A stretch of DNA of 64,000 nt from an uncultured Actinomycetes bacterium (GTDB taxonomy: Bacteria; Actinomycetota; Thermoleophilia; Gaiellales; Gaiellaceae): assembly GCA_963717025.1 (NCBI GenBank), contig CAVQVJ010000003.1:964969-1028968 (forward strand), in the 5' to 3' direction. Made by a program: the position numbers and the translations under genes. The notes under the pieces were generated by a model. It did no database searches. It saw nothing but the letters and a program-made list of their open reading frames with translations, and was not told the DNA's origin. Of this stretch, positions 63,028 to 64,000 are shown in pieces. Each line of letters opens with the position of its first letter. Position 1 is the first letter of the stretch.

Positions 63028-63612
63028 ATGAGCCCGTTGATTCCGATGGTCATCGAGCAGACCTCGCGAGGCGAGCGCTCGTTCGACATCTACTCGCGTC
63101 TGCTCAACGAGCGGATCATCTTCCTCGGTTCGCCGATCGACGACCAGATCGCGAACCTCGTCGTCGCCCAGCTCCTCCACCTCGAGTCGGAGGACCCCGA
63201 CAAGGACATCTCGATCTACATCAACTCGCCGGGCGGCATCGTCTACGCCGGTCTCGCGATCTACGACACGATGCACTACATCAAGCCGGACGTGCAGACG
63301 ATCTGCGTCGGCATGGCCATGTCCATGGGCGCGGTGATCCTCGCAGGCGGCGCTCCCGGCAAGCGGAGCGCGCTCCCGCACTCGAAGATCCTCATCCACC
63401 AGGGCTCGGGCGGCTACAGCGGCCAGCCGACGGAGATCGAGATCTACGCGCGGGAGGTGATCGGCATCAAGCGCCTAATGGAGGAGATCATGGCCAAGGA
63501 CACGGGCCAGCCGATGGACAAGGTTGCAAAGGACATGGATCGCGACTACTACATGACCTCCGAGGAGGCCAAGGACTACGGGATCATCGACCGGGTGATC
63601 GAGCACCACTAG
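63028..63612 (+). CDS. clpP: ATP-dependent Clp protease proteolytic subunit
   Basis: 194 aa. [37 protein letters not shown] (catalytic Ser), IHQ (catalytic His). Confidence 0.95.
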   Translation: MSPLIPMVIEQTSRGERSFDIYSRLLNERIIFLGSPIDDQIANLVVAQLLHLESEDPDKDISIYINSPGGIVYAGLAIYDTMHYIKPDVQTICVGMAMSMGAVILAGGAPGKRSALPHSKILIHQGSGGYSGQPTEIEIYAREVIGIKRLMEEIMAKDTGQPMDKVAKDMDRDYYMTSEEAKDYGIIDRVIEHH

Positions 63613-63660
63613 ACGGACCTACTAGCGTTGAACGGGAAATCGGAGTAAAAGGAGAACGGG

Positions 63661-64000
63661 ATGGCTCGGGCGAGTGAGGGCAACGAACAGCTGCTCTGCA
63701 GCTTCTGCGGGAAGAGTCAGCGGCAGGTCAAGAAGCTGATCGCCGGGCCCGGCGTCTACATCTGCGACGAGTGCATCGATCTCTGCAACGAGATCATCGA
63801 CGAGGAGCTCACCACTCCCGCGCAACTCGACCTCGACAATCTCCCACGCCCGCTCGACATCTACTCCGTCCTCAACGACTACGTCGTCTCGCAGGAGGAG
63901 TCGAAGCGCACGCTCGCGGTGGCGGTCTACAACCACTACAAGCGCGTCCGCATGGGCCTCGACGACGGCGAGGTCGAGCTCCAGAAGTCGAACATCCTCC
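63661..64000 (+). CDS. clpX: ATP-dependent Clp protease ATP-binding subunit ClpX, N-terminal part (continues beyond the window)
   Basis: AAAGGAGAACGGG RBS. Own translation: [46 protein letters not shown]... (C4 zinc-binding domain), then [34 protein letters not shown]. Confidence 0.9.
   Translation, partial: MARASEGNEQLLCSFCGKSQRQVKKLIAGPGVYICDECIDLCNEIIDEELTTPAQLDLDNLPRPLDIYSVLNDYVVSQEESKRTLAVAVYNHYKRVRMGLDDGEVELQKSNIL

Noticed and set aside
62894-63031. 45-codon ORF that exactly bridges tig and clpP, with ATGA overlaps at both ends
   Set aside because: The geometry is striking, but the codon usage is atypical for this genome (ttt, caa, gtt, cat, agg, cta, tca, gga). The sequence is dominated by the two hairpins, so it is more likely non-coding spacer. 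It could be revisited with Ribo-seq.
1-64000. Search for mobile elements, prophage, CRISPR-Cas, restriction-modification, toxin-antitoxin or other known defence hallmarks
   Set aside because: Reading the six-frame track, I found no transposase, integrase, recombinase, Cas, nuclease-helicase-methylase sets or phage structural genes. The STAND NTPases present have LuxR HTH outputs (MalT type) rather than effector domains. Absence is based on inspection by eye only.

Overview
High-GC (about 70% by eye) bacterial chromosome segment. The gene content and the frequent GTG/TTG starts with 4-nt stop/start overlaps look Actinomycetota-like, but that taxon call is inference only. I saw no rRNA, CRISPR array, transposase, integrase or phage genes.

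Contents, left to right:
- Truncated MalT/LuxR-type STAND regulator, tRNA-Arg(TCT), and a lower-GC DUF1801 gene.
- Catabolic operon: a PanE-like reductase fused to an amidase, a creatininase-family protein, an SDR, and a five-gene Dpp/Opp-type ABC importer.
- Array of five translationally coupled small bitopic membrane proteins, followed by a 164-bp hairpin element.
- Form I (Mo-Cu) aerobic CO dehydrogenase cluster coxMSL (CoxL carries VAYRCSFR), with an XdhC-YHS fusion, CoxD, CoxE, CoxG, two small Cys proteins and a free-standing CoxL-derived fragment ORF.
- Miscellaneous genes: YceI fusion, USP-like, DUF6766-like, bacterial topoisomerase IB, CsbD, VOC, FAD oxidase, tRNA-His, GNAT, rsgA, beta-propeller, DUF1353, AI-2E transporter.
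- A 35-58 kb block of stress and membrane genes: lipoprotein, CPA1 antiporter, DedA, YihY, SulP, DUF1269-like domain fused to an arylsulfatase, SHOCT, SnoaL-like, GNAT, a eukaryote-type PRMT-like methyltransferase, a STAND LuxR regulator, two CYTH-like paralogs plus a class III cyclase, a NarL-type two-component pair, and a coiled-coil protein fused to a formylglycine-generating enzyme.
- tRNA-Arg(TCG), tRNA-Leu(TAG), a doubly frameshifted sarcosine-oxidase-like pseudogene, and tig-clpP-clpX.

Most notable observation: seven intergenic copies of the palindrome TTCACC-N2-GGTGAA lie in the 35-58 kb block. Each is followed 9-12 nt later by a GGGTGA-like box, and six of the seven precede a plus-strand gene (site 1 has none). 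This suggests an undescribed regulon or leader element tying the block together.

All calls rest on reading the sequence and on remembered family signatures. No database search was run.
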